This document shows, in pieces, positions 48,101-60,430 of a DNA stretch of 64,000 nucleotides (positions are counted from its first letter, which is position 1; every line of letters starts with the position of its first letter). This DNA is from Macrostomum hystrix (Eukaryota; Animalia; Platyhelminthes). The stretch covers positions 18,848,001-18,912,000 of the forward strand of contig CATNEN010000001.1 in NCBI GenBank assembly GCA_950097015.1, in the 5' to 3' direction. The notes beneath the pieces are model-generated. The model was not told the DNA's origin. It made no database searches and saw nothing but the letters and a program-made list of their open reading frames with translations. The position numbers and the translations under genes were made by a program.

Positions 48101-50206
48101 TAGTATAATGTCTAGCCAGGCTTTTCACCATAAGAGTGCCAAGTTAAATGGACAAATTTTCGCAATCCCAGGTGCACAGTGTGCTCCGATCAGAAGCATC
48201 GCGGCGGTTGGTACGGCGCCGATAAGCGGGACACGAATTCTTCCAAGACCATCCCGGATGCGCTGCAGCACTACTGGCCGGCAGATGCGCGCAGCCCGAC
48301 CCTGCACAAGAACAGCCTGGTGATTGTGCGCAACGACGCCTGCGAGTACCTCACGGACAGTCGCGACCGGGTCTACGCCGTGTTGCCTTTGACAGCTCGA
48401 CAATCAACTGGACCGATGGAACTGCAGCTGTACTACACGTGCATGACAACGCACAGTCACGACGCCACGGCGCCGAATTCCAAGGACACGTTCACCTCGG
48501 TACAGTTGGAAACCTTCGACAGCCTGACTGGCCGATGGATTAGCCAGGGCAGGAGCGTGTTCCGCATGAGAATGGTCACATCGCCGGAGAGGGACATTCT
48601 CAATGAGGTCACGCAGTTCCTGACACCAGCACAGATGGGCTGTCGCATGGGCTGCGGCCATCTTGAGTCGCACAACACGCGCTGGCAGAAGGCAAAGGTG
48701 CTGCGCAACCAGGGTCAGGAGAAGTTTGACTACTATGTGCAATTGTATGGCAGCGAACCGGGACTCAAGAATGGCAAGGCCAAGAATGCCAAGAGTAGGC
48801 AGGCAACGGTAAGTAGCTACGCAATTATGATTTGAACTTTATGACTCAGCAAAGACTTTTAGTTCTATCAAAAATACAATTCCCATTCCAACAGGGATCC
48901 AACGCTGACCCAACGGACGATTTCGAACTGCTAGACGGTGGTGCAGCAGTTTCAGCTGCGGGCCAGGCTCTGCCCCTGACTCCTGTCGGCGACAGCTCCG
49001 GCTGCCTGCTGGAGGTAGCCGAGCACCCGGCCGCGGACGGCAGCCTGATCATTCGCGGCTCGCTGCTAAGCAACTTGGACAGCAGGGAGCTCATTGCTAG
49101 CGCGTTAAGAGCCTATCTGGACAGCCTGAGGCTCATTGTGAAAGGTGTGGCCGCAGCGGCTAAAACTGCCAGCAATGCCAGTTCAAAAGTTATCCCGCCT
49201 GCCAAGCAGGAAGCAGTGCAGCCACAGCCACAGCAGCATCTGCCGTCTCCTAGTCAAGTGCAGCACCATTCGCCAGCCGAATCGATGCACAGCGGCACTC
49301 ATCACTGCTCATCAGCTGTCTCAAGCGTGGGAGATCACAGCAGCTCAACCTAGTGAGTATCCCTGATTAGCTTATTAGCAAACTAATTAAGTTGGCAAAG
49401 TAACCGATTCGAACGTTGAACCATCTCTCTCAATCCTTGCAGCCACATGCAGGACACAGCCATGTCAACAGCTGCCTGTACTCAGCTGGCGCTACCGCCG
49501 CCCATCGTCACTACAGCAGCATCGTCTTTGTCGACTTCCGTGTCGGTTCCGACAACAAGCAGCATCGGGTCGACTGACCTGCTGCCGCTAATGATGCACC
49601 AGGACACATTTCAGCAGCAGCAGCAGCAGCAGCAACAGATGGCTCAAGCATCCGGGGTGCAGTACTTCAGCCTGCAGCAGCCAGGCATCGTTGAACCCAC
49701 CATCGCGTCCTCAGCGCCAGTCTACCTAATCAACACCCAGATGGCAGCGGCGGCTCTGGCTGCGGCAACCAGCAGCAGCGGCAGCATTGGACCAACCACC
49801 ATTCTGCCGCACATTGCCAGCCACCAGCATCAGCAGCAGCAGCAGCAGTTTTTTCAGCAGCATCCGCAGTATCTGCAGCAGCATCAGCAGCCAGTGTTTC
49901 AAATAGATCCTAACCAGCAAGCTCTGTTCATGCAGCAGTCTACTCAGCAGCAGCAGCAGCAGCATAGTTTGCACAGCCATGCTCAGCTGCAGCTGCAGCT
50001 GCAACATCAGCAGCATCACCTGCAGCAACAGCAGCAGATCATTCTCAGCTCCGGCTTCGGTCATGATCAAGTGGACGGCCTTGCCGACGGACCAAACGAA
50101 GACGACGAAGACAACAGCGAGGAATGCGACGAGGCCGAAGAGCAGGAAGAAGAACAGGGTGAGCCGCAGCTGCACGAGCTGCAGCCGCTCCAGGTTCCGC
50201 AGGCGT

Positions 50207-50242
<36 letters not shown>

Positions 50243-50358
50243 CATTCTACAGGAAGTCAGCCACTAGCCTGCTGCGTCGATTGGCTGCGGTGAAGCGCAG
50301 GCGGCTGCGCGTCGGCGCCTCCAGCTTTGGCCAGCTGTTCAAGGCTAAGCAGAAGTGA
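42119..50358 (+). CDS. Divergent p53-family transcription factor; exons 42119-42375, 42667-43305, 48172-48808, 48895-49352, 49443-50358
   Basis: Collinear p53 DBD motifs: PGPYNLQL, LWCKELAPVRL, LVIRCGTFKQ, C..H, SLVIVRNDACEYLTDSRDRVYAVLP, LYYTCMTTH, VQLE..GRSVFRMRMVTSPERD. All four introns are GT-AG and phase-consistent. Q-rich C-terminus. Confidence 0.8.
43370..43660. repeat. 22-bp minisatellite (ctgcctacctgcttccccatct) in p53-like intron 2
   Basis: Tandem copies visible directly. Confidence 0.95.
46130..46623. repeat. 21-bp minisatellite (gcagggagtgagatagcagat) in p53-like intron 2
   Basis: Tandem copies visible directly. Confidence 0.95.
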
Positions 50359-51457
50359 CGCATGCAAACCGGCCTACTTACTAAGCCACTGAACAGTAGG
50401 CACGCGAGAAAACTGTCAGCAAAATGATAATTCTAGCAATAACAAATTCAAAATAGTCTTGATAAACATTTTTGTACACAAAACCTGCACGCAATATGTG
50501 TCTAATCCTTTTTGCACCTTTTTAATTAGTTTTTTTTTGTCATTTTTTAACGGCAACTATTCTAGTACAATCGAATCTCTAATCAAGTGTTGACTCGTTG
50601 AATCTGTATAGAAAATGCCTTGGTGCTATAACATGTTGTACTGTAATACTCTGCTTCCTAAATAGCTGAGAACACTAATAGTTATACAGAAGTCGTCATT
50701 TTATTTGCAATTTGAATCTGCATACACGCATCGTAGTCTCATAGTCCGTTGTTGTGTCTCTGTGTGCAAATTTTGTTAAATTTTTTAATTGCATTGAATT
50801 TGAAAAACTTCGAATTGAACTATTTTGCTCACATTGTCAACTACTAGAAGTAGCAGTCAAGAAGACAGCAATATTCGAGTTTTCTGTTAGTTTGCTGCTA
50901 GCAATTGTCATTTGCACTTTTTAATAAAAATCTGTAAAAAATATCGGAAAATCTCGTAATCTATTATGCAATCTTTCTTTCTTTGTTTTATCGATTTGTT
51001 AAGATGTGTGTGCACTCTCCTGCTCTTGGCAGCAACTAAAGAAGCCTTTGCAGAAAAAACTTAACAAAAAATATTTGCAGTTAAAATGAGATTTGTTTGA
51101 CTTTCTAATTGTCAAGCCAAGAAAGTGAGATTTTGAGATTGACAATAAAAAAAGGATGAGATTTAAGATTGACAATTTAAGTAGTTGAGATTTTGTAACT
51201 ATTTTGACTGTTTAAATAATACTAGCTTTTTTTGCCCGTTGCTTTTGGGGCAGAAATTTAAAGCAAAGCAGTAAGCAATTCACGTCTTTGTATTAACTTT
51301 ATAGTGAAGGTCACCATGTATTTATTTACTGCATTAATGAAAAGAGAAGAGTTTGTTTAAGGGCATTTTAAGTAAAAAATAAGTGAAAAGTTTGTCCAAA
51401 CAGCCCCCTCTTGATTACTTCTTTAGAAACATTCTCTTAGCCACTCCTCTATACAGT

Positions 51458-51732
51458 CAGTGGCAGATCCAGGAATTTTGTTTTGGGGCGGTCTGTCAGG
51501 GGAGCGCCATGAGAATCACAGAGGGGGTGCCAGCGGCCGAAAAAGGGCGCCAGGAGCCAAGAAAGGGCGCCAGCGGCTGAAAAACGGGAGCCAGCGGCTG
51601 AAAAAGGGGCGCCAGCGGCCGAAAAGGGGCGCCAGTGCTGCGACTGGCACCCCTGGTGGGGGCATCTTATTCCCATGATTAAAATTTATGGGGGCGACTG
51701 CCCCCCCGCCATCCCCCCTAAATCTGCCTCTG
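51458..51732. mobile_element. hAT-family MITE nested in the Helitron
   Basis: TIRs CAGTGGCAGATCCAGG / CCTAAATCTGCCTCTG. Perfect 8-bp TSD TATACAGT at 51450-51457 and 51733-51740. Internal gggcgccagcgg repeats. Confidence 0.92.
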
Positions 51733-51884
51733 TATACAGTATGCATGTACACGCGTATACATAAGGAAAATAGCCATGGCATAACAATAACAATGTCAAA
51801 GAAACAAAATTAAACTGTTTCAGAGTTCAGAGTTAGACAGGTCAAGGTCAATTCGTGACTACTTTTCTATTAATTGCTTGCGAG

Positions 51885-52500
51885 TCACCTCAAGGCCTGG
51901 GGATACACCACATTCTTCGTTCTTCCCCTTGGTGCGAAAATGAATAGGCCAGCTGGAGTTCCAACACGGGAGCAGGCGACATAAAGCTGCCCATGCGAGA
52001 AGCAAGGAGTCTCCAGGTTGATGCCAGCTACCTTCAGCGACTGTCCCTGAGCCTTGTTAATAGTCATCGCAAAGCACACTCTCACAGGGAACTGCAGTCG
52101 CTTGAACTGAAATGGCAGGTCCGTGGGGATAATTGGAATCCGGGGAACGAACACAGACTCTCCTCTGCCAGATCCAGTCATTATCGTGGCCTCAATCACG
52201 TGTGGGAAGAGCCGCCTGACTATCAGTCTGGTGCCGTTACACAGCCTTGGCGCATTCAGGTTGCGGAGGAGCATAATTGGTGCCCCAACTTTCAGCTGCA
52301 AGTTGTGCGATGGAGTTCCAGGAGGATCTAGAGAGTTCAGAAACTCAACAGGATACTCCACAGCGGTGTCATCAGTCAACGTTGTATCAATTGACTTGTA
52401 GGTGAAAACTGCACCTGGCAACTCCTGAAGGAGTTGGTAGTTAATTTCGTTGGCGGCATCATTTCTAGGACACAGAATTGCCCTCTCTGACAGCCAGTCA
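51885..52500 (-). pseudogene. Helitron Pif1-like helicase, C-terminal half only
   Basis: WLSERAILCPRND, LLRNLN..LCNGTRL, FAMTINKAQGQSL, HGQLYVACSRV and KNVVY are present. No Walker A or Rep domain upstream. Confidence 0.9.
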
Positions 52501-53677
52501 ACGCCAGCCTCTCTCTTTCTTCTATCCCAGGCTGGCTGGAGAGAAATATCGACCGGAGAGCCCTGTGCACTGGGACGCCACCGCACTCACCGCACTCAGT
52601 CTCAGTGCTGCTTGGGGGCCAGTAGACAGTCTAGGGGTTTGGGCTGTGCACATTCACGGCTTGAAATACAATGTACAGTCTGGGGCTTCGGCGCCCGGGG
52701 AAGGGAGGGGGTGGCTGTAATAAAATTTGGCCCGCAGAGTGGCGGAGGGGAGTTGGGGTGGCTGTCCTCGGAAAACAAAAAGTGACTCACTTTGAGATGA
52801 TGCAGCTTTGCTCTGGATTGAGTAGAGATGTTCAAAATTGTCAGCATTGTCGGAAAACATGTAAAGTGTAAGTGGATCAAATTTGGAGAAAATCTGACAA
52901 AGTGGGGCGACGATATGTCGAATTGAGTGATTTTTTGACGATTTTTGAGCAGTTTTTTGCACTTTTGAGCAGGAAGGAAATGATTTTTCGGGAATTTGAG
53001 TAGCCTATTGCACTCAGCGTAGGTGGTTCTAGGTATGTGCAAAGTTTGGTGCGATTTGGTTGAGCGGTTTCGGCGTCTATAAAGACAAAAGGTTGCACAC
53101 ACACAGACAGACACACACACACACAGACAGAGTTTTCACTTTTATATATATAGATAGATACTAAGCAATTATATAACTAAAATGTTTAAAATGAAATGAA
53201 AAAAAAACAGAAGACTGCTCAATATATGCTCCAGTAAAATAAAGATATTATGTTTATTTGTTGTTTGCTAGCCAAACTAAAAAGCATATTTAAAAATTTA
53301 ATCAAGAGTTAATGTAATTTTAAATACATGGTTGTATTTAGGATTCTAAAACATTACAACATTATAAGTATTCAAATACTACTGGCGTATTCAGTAGATA
53401 ATTGGCATTTCTCCGAAATCATTAGCGATAAAACAAGACAATTTGATAATTGCTCCTATTTTAGAGATTCTATACAATTAACTATCATTCACGATATGTT
53501 TTGTAGTGTTTATAGAACCGGATTTACTGCAAATACTACTAACACGAACAATAACAGTAGTATCATAGGTTACAATAAGAAATTGAATTCTACAATAAAG
53601 ACAGCCTAAAAAATCGTTGATGAGGGTGTAAAACTAAGTCAAATTCTTTAAAACACAATTATTAAAGAGTGCTTGTG

Positions 53678-54980
53678 ACAGGGGAGAGTAGACAGGGGGA
53701 GAGTAGACACGGTGGGAGAGTAGACAGGGAAGAGTACATACGGTGGGAGAGTAGACAGGGAAGAGTAGACACTGGGAGAGTAGATACTGTGGGAGAGTAG
53801 ATCCTCTAGGAGAGTAGACATGGGAGAGTAGACACTGGGAGAGTAGATCTCTGGGAAAGTAGACACTGGGAGAGTAGATCTCTGGGAGAGTAGATAGGGA
53901 AGAGTAGACACGGTGGGAGAGTAGACAGGGAAGAGTACATACGGTGGGAGAGTAGACAGGGAAGAGTAGACACTGGGAGAGTAGATACTGTGGGAGAGTA
54001 GATCCTCTAGGAGAGTAGACATGGGAGAGTAGACACTGGGAGAGTAGATCTCTGGGAAAGTAGACACTGGGAGAGTAGATCTCTGGGAGAGTAGATAGGG
54101 AAGAGTAGACACGGTGGGAGAGTAGACAGGAGAGTAGACACTGGGAGAGTAGATACTGTGGGAGAGTAGACAGGAGAGTAGACACTGGGAGAGTAGACAG
54201 GAGAGTAGACACTGGGAGAGTAGACAAGGTGGGAGAGTAGACAGGGGAGAGTGGACACTGGGAGAGTAGATACTGTGGGAGAGTAGACAGGAGAGTAGAC
54301 ACTGGGAGAATAGACACGGTGGGAGAGTAGACAGGGGAGAGTGGACACTGGGAGAGTAGACACGGTGGGAGAGTAGACAGGAGAGTAGACACTGGGAGAG
54401 TAGACACTGGGAGAGTAGACAGGTGAGTAGACACTGGGAGAGTAGACAGGAGAGTAGACACTGGGAGAGTAGACACTGGGAGAGTAGACACTGGGAGAGT
54501 AGACAAGGTGGGAGAGTAGACAGGGGAGAGTGGACACTGGGAGAGTAGATACTGTGGGAGAGTAGACACGGTGGGAGAGTAGACAGGGGAGAGTGGACAC
54601 TGGGAGAGTAGATACTGTGGGAGAGTAGACAGGAGAGTAGACACTGGGAGAGTAGATACTGTGGGAGAGTAGACAGGAGAGTAGACACTGGGAGAGTAGA
54701 TACTGTGGGAGAGTAGACAGGGGAGAGTGGACACTGGGAGAGTAGACACGGTGGGAGAGTAGACAGGGGAGAGTGGACACTGGGAGAGTAGACACGGTGG
54801 GAGAGTAGACAGGAGAGTAGACACTGGGAGAGTAGACAAGGTGGGAGAGTAGACAGGGGAGAGTGGACACTGGGACAGTAGATACTGTGGGAGAGTAGAC
54901 AGGAGAGTAGACACTGGGATAGTAGATACTGTGGGAGAGTAGACAGGAGAGTAGACACAGAGAATAGACAGGGGAGAGCA
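53678..54980. repeat. Mosaic minisatellite built on gggagagtagac, starting about 30 bp past the CARNMT1 stop
   Basis: Tandem copies visible directly. Confidence 0.95.
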
Positions 54981-55009
54981 GGTGGTGTGAGTAGGCAGGG
55001 TGTTACATG

Positions 55010-57458
55010 CTACTCAGCATCTTCAACAGGTGCTTTCTGTGCCACAAAGTATGCGCACTGATACTGGTAGGACATCATGCTAGACGAATTCTGAGTATAG
55101 CCGCAGCGAATATCACGATGCTCTTTGAGCAGACGGAAGCCAGAGCCGAGCACCAGACTCCTGAGGCTATTGTAGTCCAATTCAATGCTAGACTCTCCAG
55201 GCACATCAGAGAAGTGGTACAAAAGCGGGCCGCAGTTAATCCAGTAGCCGCCCGGCTGAAGAATTCGGTGAATGGTCTCAACGTAGGCAGCGATATTGTG
55301 CGCCGTATCGATGAAGAACACGGTGGCAACGCAGTGCCAGGACTCCGGCTCCGTGTAGATTTCTAAGAAATCACCGGCAGCCATTGAGAAGCCGCCAGAC
55401 TTTGGTAGGCCGCTTGGCGAGACGTCTGGAAATGTGACCGGCCGGAGTTGGTCGGACCAGCTCCAATTGTTGCAGAACTGGTGCACCCAGGGGTAGACAG
55501 TGAAACTGCCTGGCTCGGAACACCTGGAGAGTGAGCATGAGTTGGGGAGAGCGATGAGACCAGACGATTCTCTATGAGATTAGAGATTCTTTATGGGATG
55601 AGACGATTCTCTATGAGACCAGACGAATCTGAATGAGACCAGACGAATCTGAATGAGACCAGACGAATCTGAAAGAGACCAGACGAATCTGAATGAGACC
55701 AGACGAATCTGAATGAGACCAGATGATTTTCTATGAGATGAGACGATTCTCTATGAGATGAGACGAATCTGAATGAGACCAGACGAATCTGAATGAGACC
55801 AGACGAATCTGAAAGAGACCAGACGAATCTGAATGAGACCAGACGAATCTGAATGAGACCAGACGAATCTGAAAGAGACCAGACGAATCTGAATGAGACC
55901 AGACGAATCTGAAAGAGACCAGACGAATCTGAATGAGACCAGACGAATCTGAAAGAGACCAGACGAATCTGAATGAGACCAGACGAATCTGAAAGAGACC
56001 AGACTTTCTATGAGACCAGATGATTTTCTATGAGACCAGATGATTTTCTATGAGACCAGATGATTTTCTATGAGACCAGATGATTTTCTATGAGACCAGA
56101 CGATTTTCTATGAGACCAGATGATTTTCTATGAGACCAGATGATTTTCTATGAGACCAGATGATTTTCTATGAGACCAGATGATTTTCTATGAGACCAGA
56201 TGATTTTCTATGACTCTATGAGATGATACGATTCTATATGAGACTAGGGGACAGGGGGGAAGACGATTCCAAAAGGGGAAAAAACAACTTAGTCGTAATA
56301 AAAAGATTTCCGAAATTCGCAACATATCGGCTCACTTGTTAATCACAAAGTAGCTGCAGAAGAGCATGTACAGGCTCCACTCGTTGCCCTGACAGGTGAA
56401 TCCCAGTCGGGCCACCTCCCAAGCTAGTCGGCCTAGGCCGGCTCCCGGCACCAGGATTCGAACTTCGGACCTCTCCGGCCAAGCATCCAGAGGGAATAAC
56501 TGTTCGACCTCCTGGAGCACGGGCTGGTAGCAGAGGCTGCGCTCAGCGGCTCCGTCAACGGACCAGTCTCTGGCGAACTGCTTCAGGGTGCTGCGCACCT
56601 TGTCCATATCATTGGATGTGACCTGCAGCTGCTGGTGTCGAGAACGCTGGTCGCCGTCGCTAGCAGCGCATGGTGACAGCGGCGAGTCTGGGATTTGGTT
56701 CGGGTGGGAATGCAGTACGGGGTGGATGAATTTTAGGGAATAAAATGATTTGTAAACTGATTGCCTACCCTGACTGGCGAATCCCATTGTTTAACAATAA
56801 ATCTCAGTACTATTGACGACAAAATCCCATACCCTGATAATTATATCCATACCCTGATTTTTGAATCCCATACCCAGATAGTTTAATCCCATACCCTGAT
56901 AATTGAATCCCATACCCTGATAATTGAATCCCATACCCTGATGATTGAATCCCATACCCTGATAGTTTAATCCCATACCCTGATAATTTATTCCCATACC
57001 CTGATAACTGAATCCCATACCCTAATAATTGAATCCCATACCATGATAATTTAATACCATATCTCTAAAAAAATATCCCATATCTTGATCCCACAGTTTA
57101 AAAGCGAAATCAATACCTAGACCCGATATCTAAACAATCGGAATTTAAACAAAATGCCCCGCTTACCGCCATCAAATATGTAATCAGCATCGGCAACAAA
57201 CAGGTTGATCATCTCGGCATTGTGCTCAATCGAGGCCCGCACCCTGGCCAGGTGTTCCGGTACATCGGACATGAGTTTTCTGTGCCTCTCTGGTAGGGCG
57301 TTGAACTGGGCGATCTTCTCGGCCACCTGCTGCAGACTGTGTCGCCTGTAGTGCCGGAATGCCGCTAAAATTTTGAGAAAATGCTGCCTCTCCTGCTCGG
57401 CAGCCTCTGAGACACCGCCTGAGGTAGCCGGACTTCGGTGCCCGCCTATCGACGACAT
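55010..57458 (-). CDS. CARNMT1: Carnosine N-methyltransferase 1 (C9orf41/N2227 family); exons 57458-57167, 56687-56336, 55523-55010
   Basis: Motifs [59 protein letters not shown] and [11 protein letters not shown]. Phase-consistent GT-AG introns. Confidence 0.95.
55555..56245. repeat. 20-bp minisatellites (gagaccagacgaatctgaat / gagaccagatgattttctat) in CARNMT1 intron 2
   Basis: Tandem copies visible directly. Confidence 0.95.
56822..57085. repeat. 21-bp minisatellite (aatcccataccctgataattg) in CARNMT1 intron 1
   Basis: Tandem copies visible directly. Confidence 0.92.
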
Positions 57459-57517
57459 TTAGCACAATGACCACTCGAGGCTCTTCAACAAACTGCAATT
57501 CGTGTGGCAAATGGCAA

Positions 57518-57920
57518 TGGCAGATTCTCATGGAATGTGGCAGATTCTCATGGAATGTGGCAGATTCTCATGGAATGTGGCAGATTCTCATAGAATGTGG
57601 CAGATTCTCATAGAATGTGGCAGATTCTCATAGAATGTGGCAGATTCTCATAGAATGTGGCAGATTCTCATGGAATGTGGCAGATTCTCATGGAATGTGG
57701 CAGATTCTCATGGAATGTGGCAGATTCTCATGGAATGTGGCAGATTCTCATGGAATGTGGCAGATTCTCATAGAATGTGGCAGATTCTCATGGAATATGG
57801 CAGATTCTCATGGAATGTGGCAGATTCTCATGGAATGTGGCAGATTCTCATGGAATGTGGCCGATTCTCAAGGAATATGGCCGATTCTCATGGAATGTGG
57901 CAGATTCTCATAGAATGTGG
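57518..57920. repeat. 20-bp minisatellite (ggcagattctcatggaatgt) about 60 bp upstream of the CARNMT1 ATG
   Basis: Tandem copies visible directly. Confidence 0.96.
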
Positions 57921-58649
57921 TAAATTTTACATTATGATAATAGCACTAAAATGAAAGGAAGAGAAGAACAGGACAACAATATCCCATTTAGCTTTAATTA
58001 CATCTAATGGAAAGGGCAATTATAAAAATATAATAACAGAATAGTAGATACTCACATAAAGCTTACAAATTTAGACACTTTAAATTCCTTAAGTTTGATT
58101 TAACTGCTGGTGAAGTATTGTTGACAAAAGGAAAGACAAAATCTGGTAACCAAATTTATAATAAATAACTTTGGTTATAATCTCAGAAACTCAGGACTAG
58201 AACAATTTTATTCAGTTGCTATATTAAATGCTTGATATATTAAAATGTGTTTACACATTGGAAACAATATATGTGAACCAATGATTGTAGCTTAAGTATT
58301 ACTAGAGACTGTTATACTAAATGAAAGCTGGCTTGATTTAGAATTTAAATATATAAGAGCTTTATAGCTACTATAATAACCATCTTTAAATATATCAAAT
58401 GAGTATAAATCTAAAATGAAAAGTATTTTTTTACTTTGATTAAATATTCAAACTAGCTAAAAATAGTCTTATTGTCTACAATACAAAGAAATAATTAGAA
58501 ATATTATTTCTTTTGGCGGAAAACAAATTAAAAGCAAAAACAAAATTGAGTATATAGACCTATCAACAGCAAACAATTGAGTCTATTCTATAAGTACAGA
58601 GCAGATTATTGGACCTGGTCCAAGGCCTTAGCTTTGACTAGGTCTAGAC

Positions 58650-58912
58650 CATACATGCACAACACCCGGCCGGGTGAAATGAGGGCCAAGCAAGGTAAGT
58701 TGCAAAAACCAATCAACCAAGCACAAAAAAATCAAAGGGGGGACCAAGGGACAAAAAAGGAAGGCCTGAAGAAAAGGAAAGAAGGGAGAGAAAAAGAGAG
58801 CAAATGAGAGCAAACTAAGTCGCAAATAGAGCAATGAAACAAACTAAGTTGTAATTAGAGCAAAAAACTAAGTTGCACGGCCGGCTAAGATTTGGGAGGT
58901 TGCGCATGTATG
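58650..58912. mobile_element. hAT-like MITE
   Basis: TIRs CATACATGCACAAC / GTTGCGCATGTATG, flanked by the 8-bp TSD GTCTAGAC at 58642-58649 and 58913-58920. Confidence 0.88.
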
Positions 58913-60239
58913 GTCTAGACTAAAAATAAAGACTTGATTAATCCTTGGCTCAGTGTTTTTATATTAATTTGCATAAATGTGGCTAAGTGAAGTAGGCCTA
59001 AGGCTCAAGAGACTCAAGAAATTAAAATGTATAGAATGAGAATTCAATAAAAAAGAATACAGTATTTTATCAGAATCCTTGCTTGGCACTTCATGCCTAC
59101 TGTAGTCTAAATTATAAAAAATATTAAATTATAGTGTTGTATATAAAGTATATATCATTGCAAAAAGCTTATAAATCGAAATATAAACCTGATAATAATA
59201 ACATATTTCTAAATGCTAAAAAATTCTAAATAGGCCCTATCTAGAGCTTATAATTATAGTTTCTTAAATAAGTTGCGATAGGAAAGGATAGTATATATAT
59301 ATTGTAATATATATTGTAACTGTGTTTATAATAGATATGTCCTTTGTCCTAGAAGTCTGCACTGTATGCATTAACATTATAGACTTTAAATTAAAAAGTC
59401 ATCAATGTCTTTTTATCTGGAATACTAATTAAAATGACTAATACTGATACTAACACAAATACTAATTCTAGTATTCTTAATGTCCATGGCAGACTTATGG
59501 GCATCCATTTGTAGCAATATAAGAGACTTGGAGATGTAGAGAGTTCAAATGTAAGTTTCCTAGAACTGTCATCTGAATAATTTTAAATTATGACTTCGAG
59601 TCGATCGCTTTTAACTAATCGCTGTGAAAGTGAGCCCCCAGAACTCCAGATGCAGAAGTATTTTTGCTTAGAACTCTTAATATTTTAAGCGGCTATGGGT
59701 TACTATATAAATGATAACAAAGGGCTCAGTAAACTTAACGAAGGCCGTTTGTCGGTTTAGCCCAACTTATGTGTAAGAAACTTATTAACCCCTGCTTTCT
59801 ACGAAGTAGATGAGAAGCATTAGTAATATATTGTAGAGATGAATATTAGTGAAATAAATAAGAAATTGCTATCTACTACACTGCGTACCCTTTTAAATAC
59901 GAGAATGCCGACTTTGTTTTATATTTTGCAAGAGTGCTAGCAGAAGTTGCACTGCAGTTCTGTTCTAGATGCACTGCTGACAGTAGTGATGTTAGTGTTC
60001 ACTTTGATGCATCATTTTCAATGTTTCTCTGTGCAGTTACTGGACAGCACCAGTAGGTTAGGCCTAATTAAATGCTGTATGGATTCAGAAACGCTTTAGA
60101 AACAAAAGTAAATTCGAGTTTCTGTGGGAATTCCACTTATTATTGGATAACTATGCGAAAAAGTCGTTGAAATAAAAAATAATAATACAATGGACAGGCT
60201 AATAAAATGTAAAATAAGCAATTTTTGATTTGCGAGTAC

Positions 60240-60430
60240 ATTCAACCCGCAGCCAGCGAGGTGACAGTTCTGCCCTTTCGGCTAACCAATGAGCATACAC
60301 GCACACAGGTGTGTACGTCTGCCCCGAACTTCTCATCGACAGGCAGCATACACTCTCTCTAGGGTCATAGGGTCCTGGGTCTAATGGATGTAAATTGCAC
60401 AACTGCAACCCAAATCGACTTAGCGCGGCC
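60240..60430 (-). mobile_element. SINE copy 3 (headless, more diverged)
   Basis: cccgcagccagcgaggtgacagttctgccc...acaggtgtgtacgtctgccc...ggcagcatacactctc...gtaaattg aligns with 6357-6515. Confidence 0.75.

Larger units (their letters stand above)
51222..53158 (-). mobile_element. Internally deleted, non-autonomous Helitron
   Basis: On the minus strand, the 5' end is A|TCTATCTATATATATAAAAG followed by a (GT/GTCT) microsatellite. The 3' end is a GCCC...GGGC hairpin plus CTAG|T. It retains the C-terminal half of the Pif1 helicase. Confidence 0.9.

Noticed and set aside
53634-54958. 426-436 aa repeat ORFs, and similar ones at 4698, 7360, 18611, 21285, 22324, 40650 and 45962
   Set aside because: All are minisatellite translations, in some cases combined with antisense reads of decayed elements.
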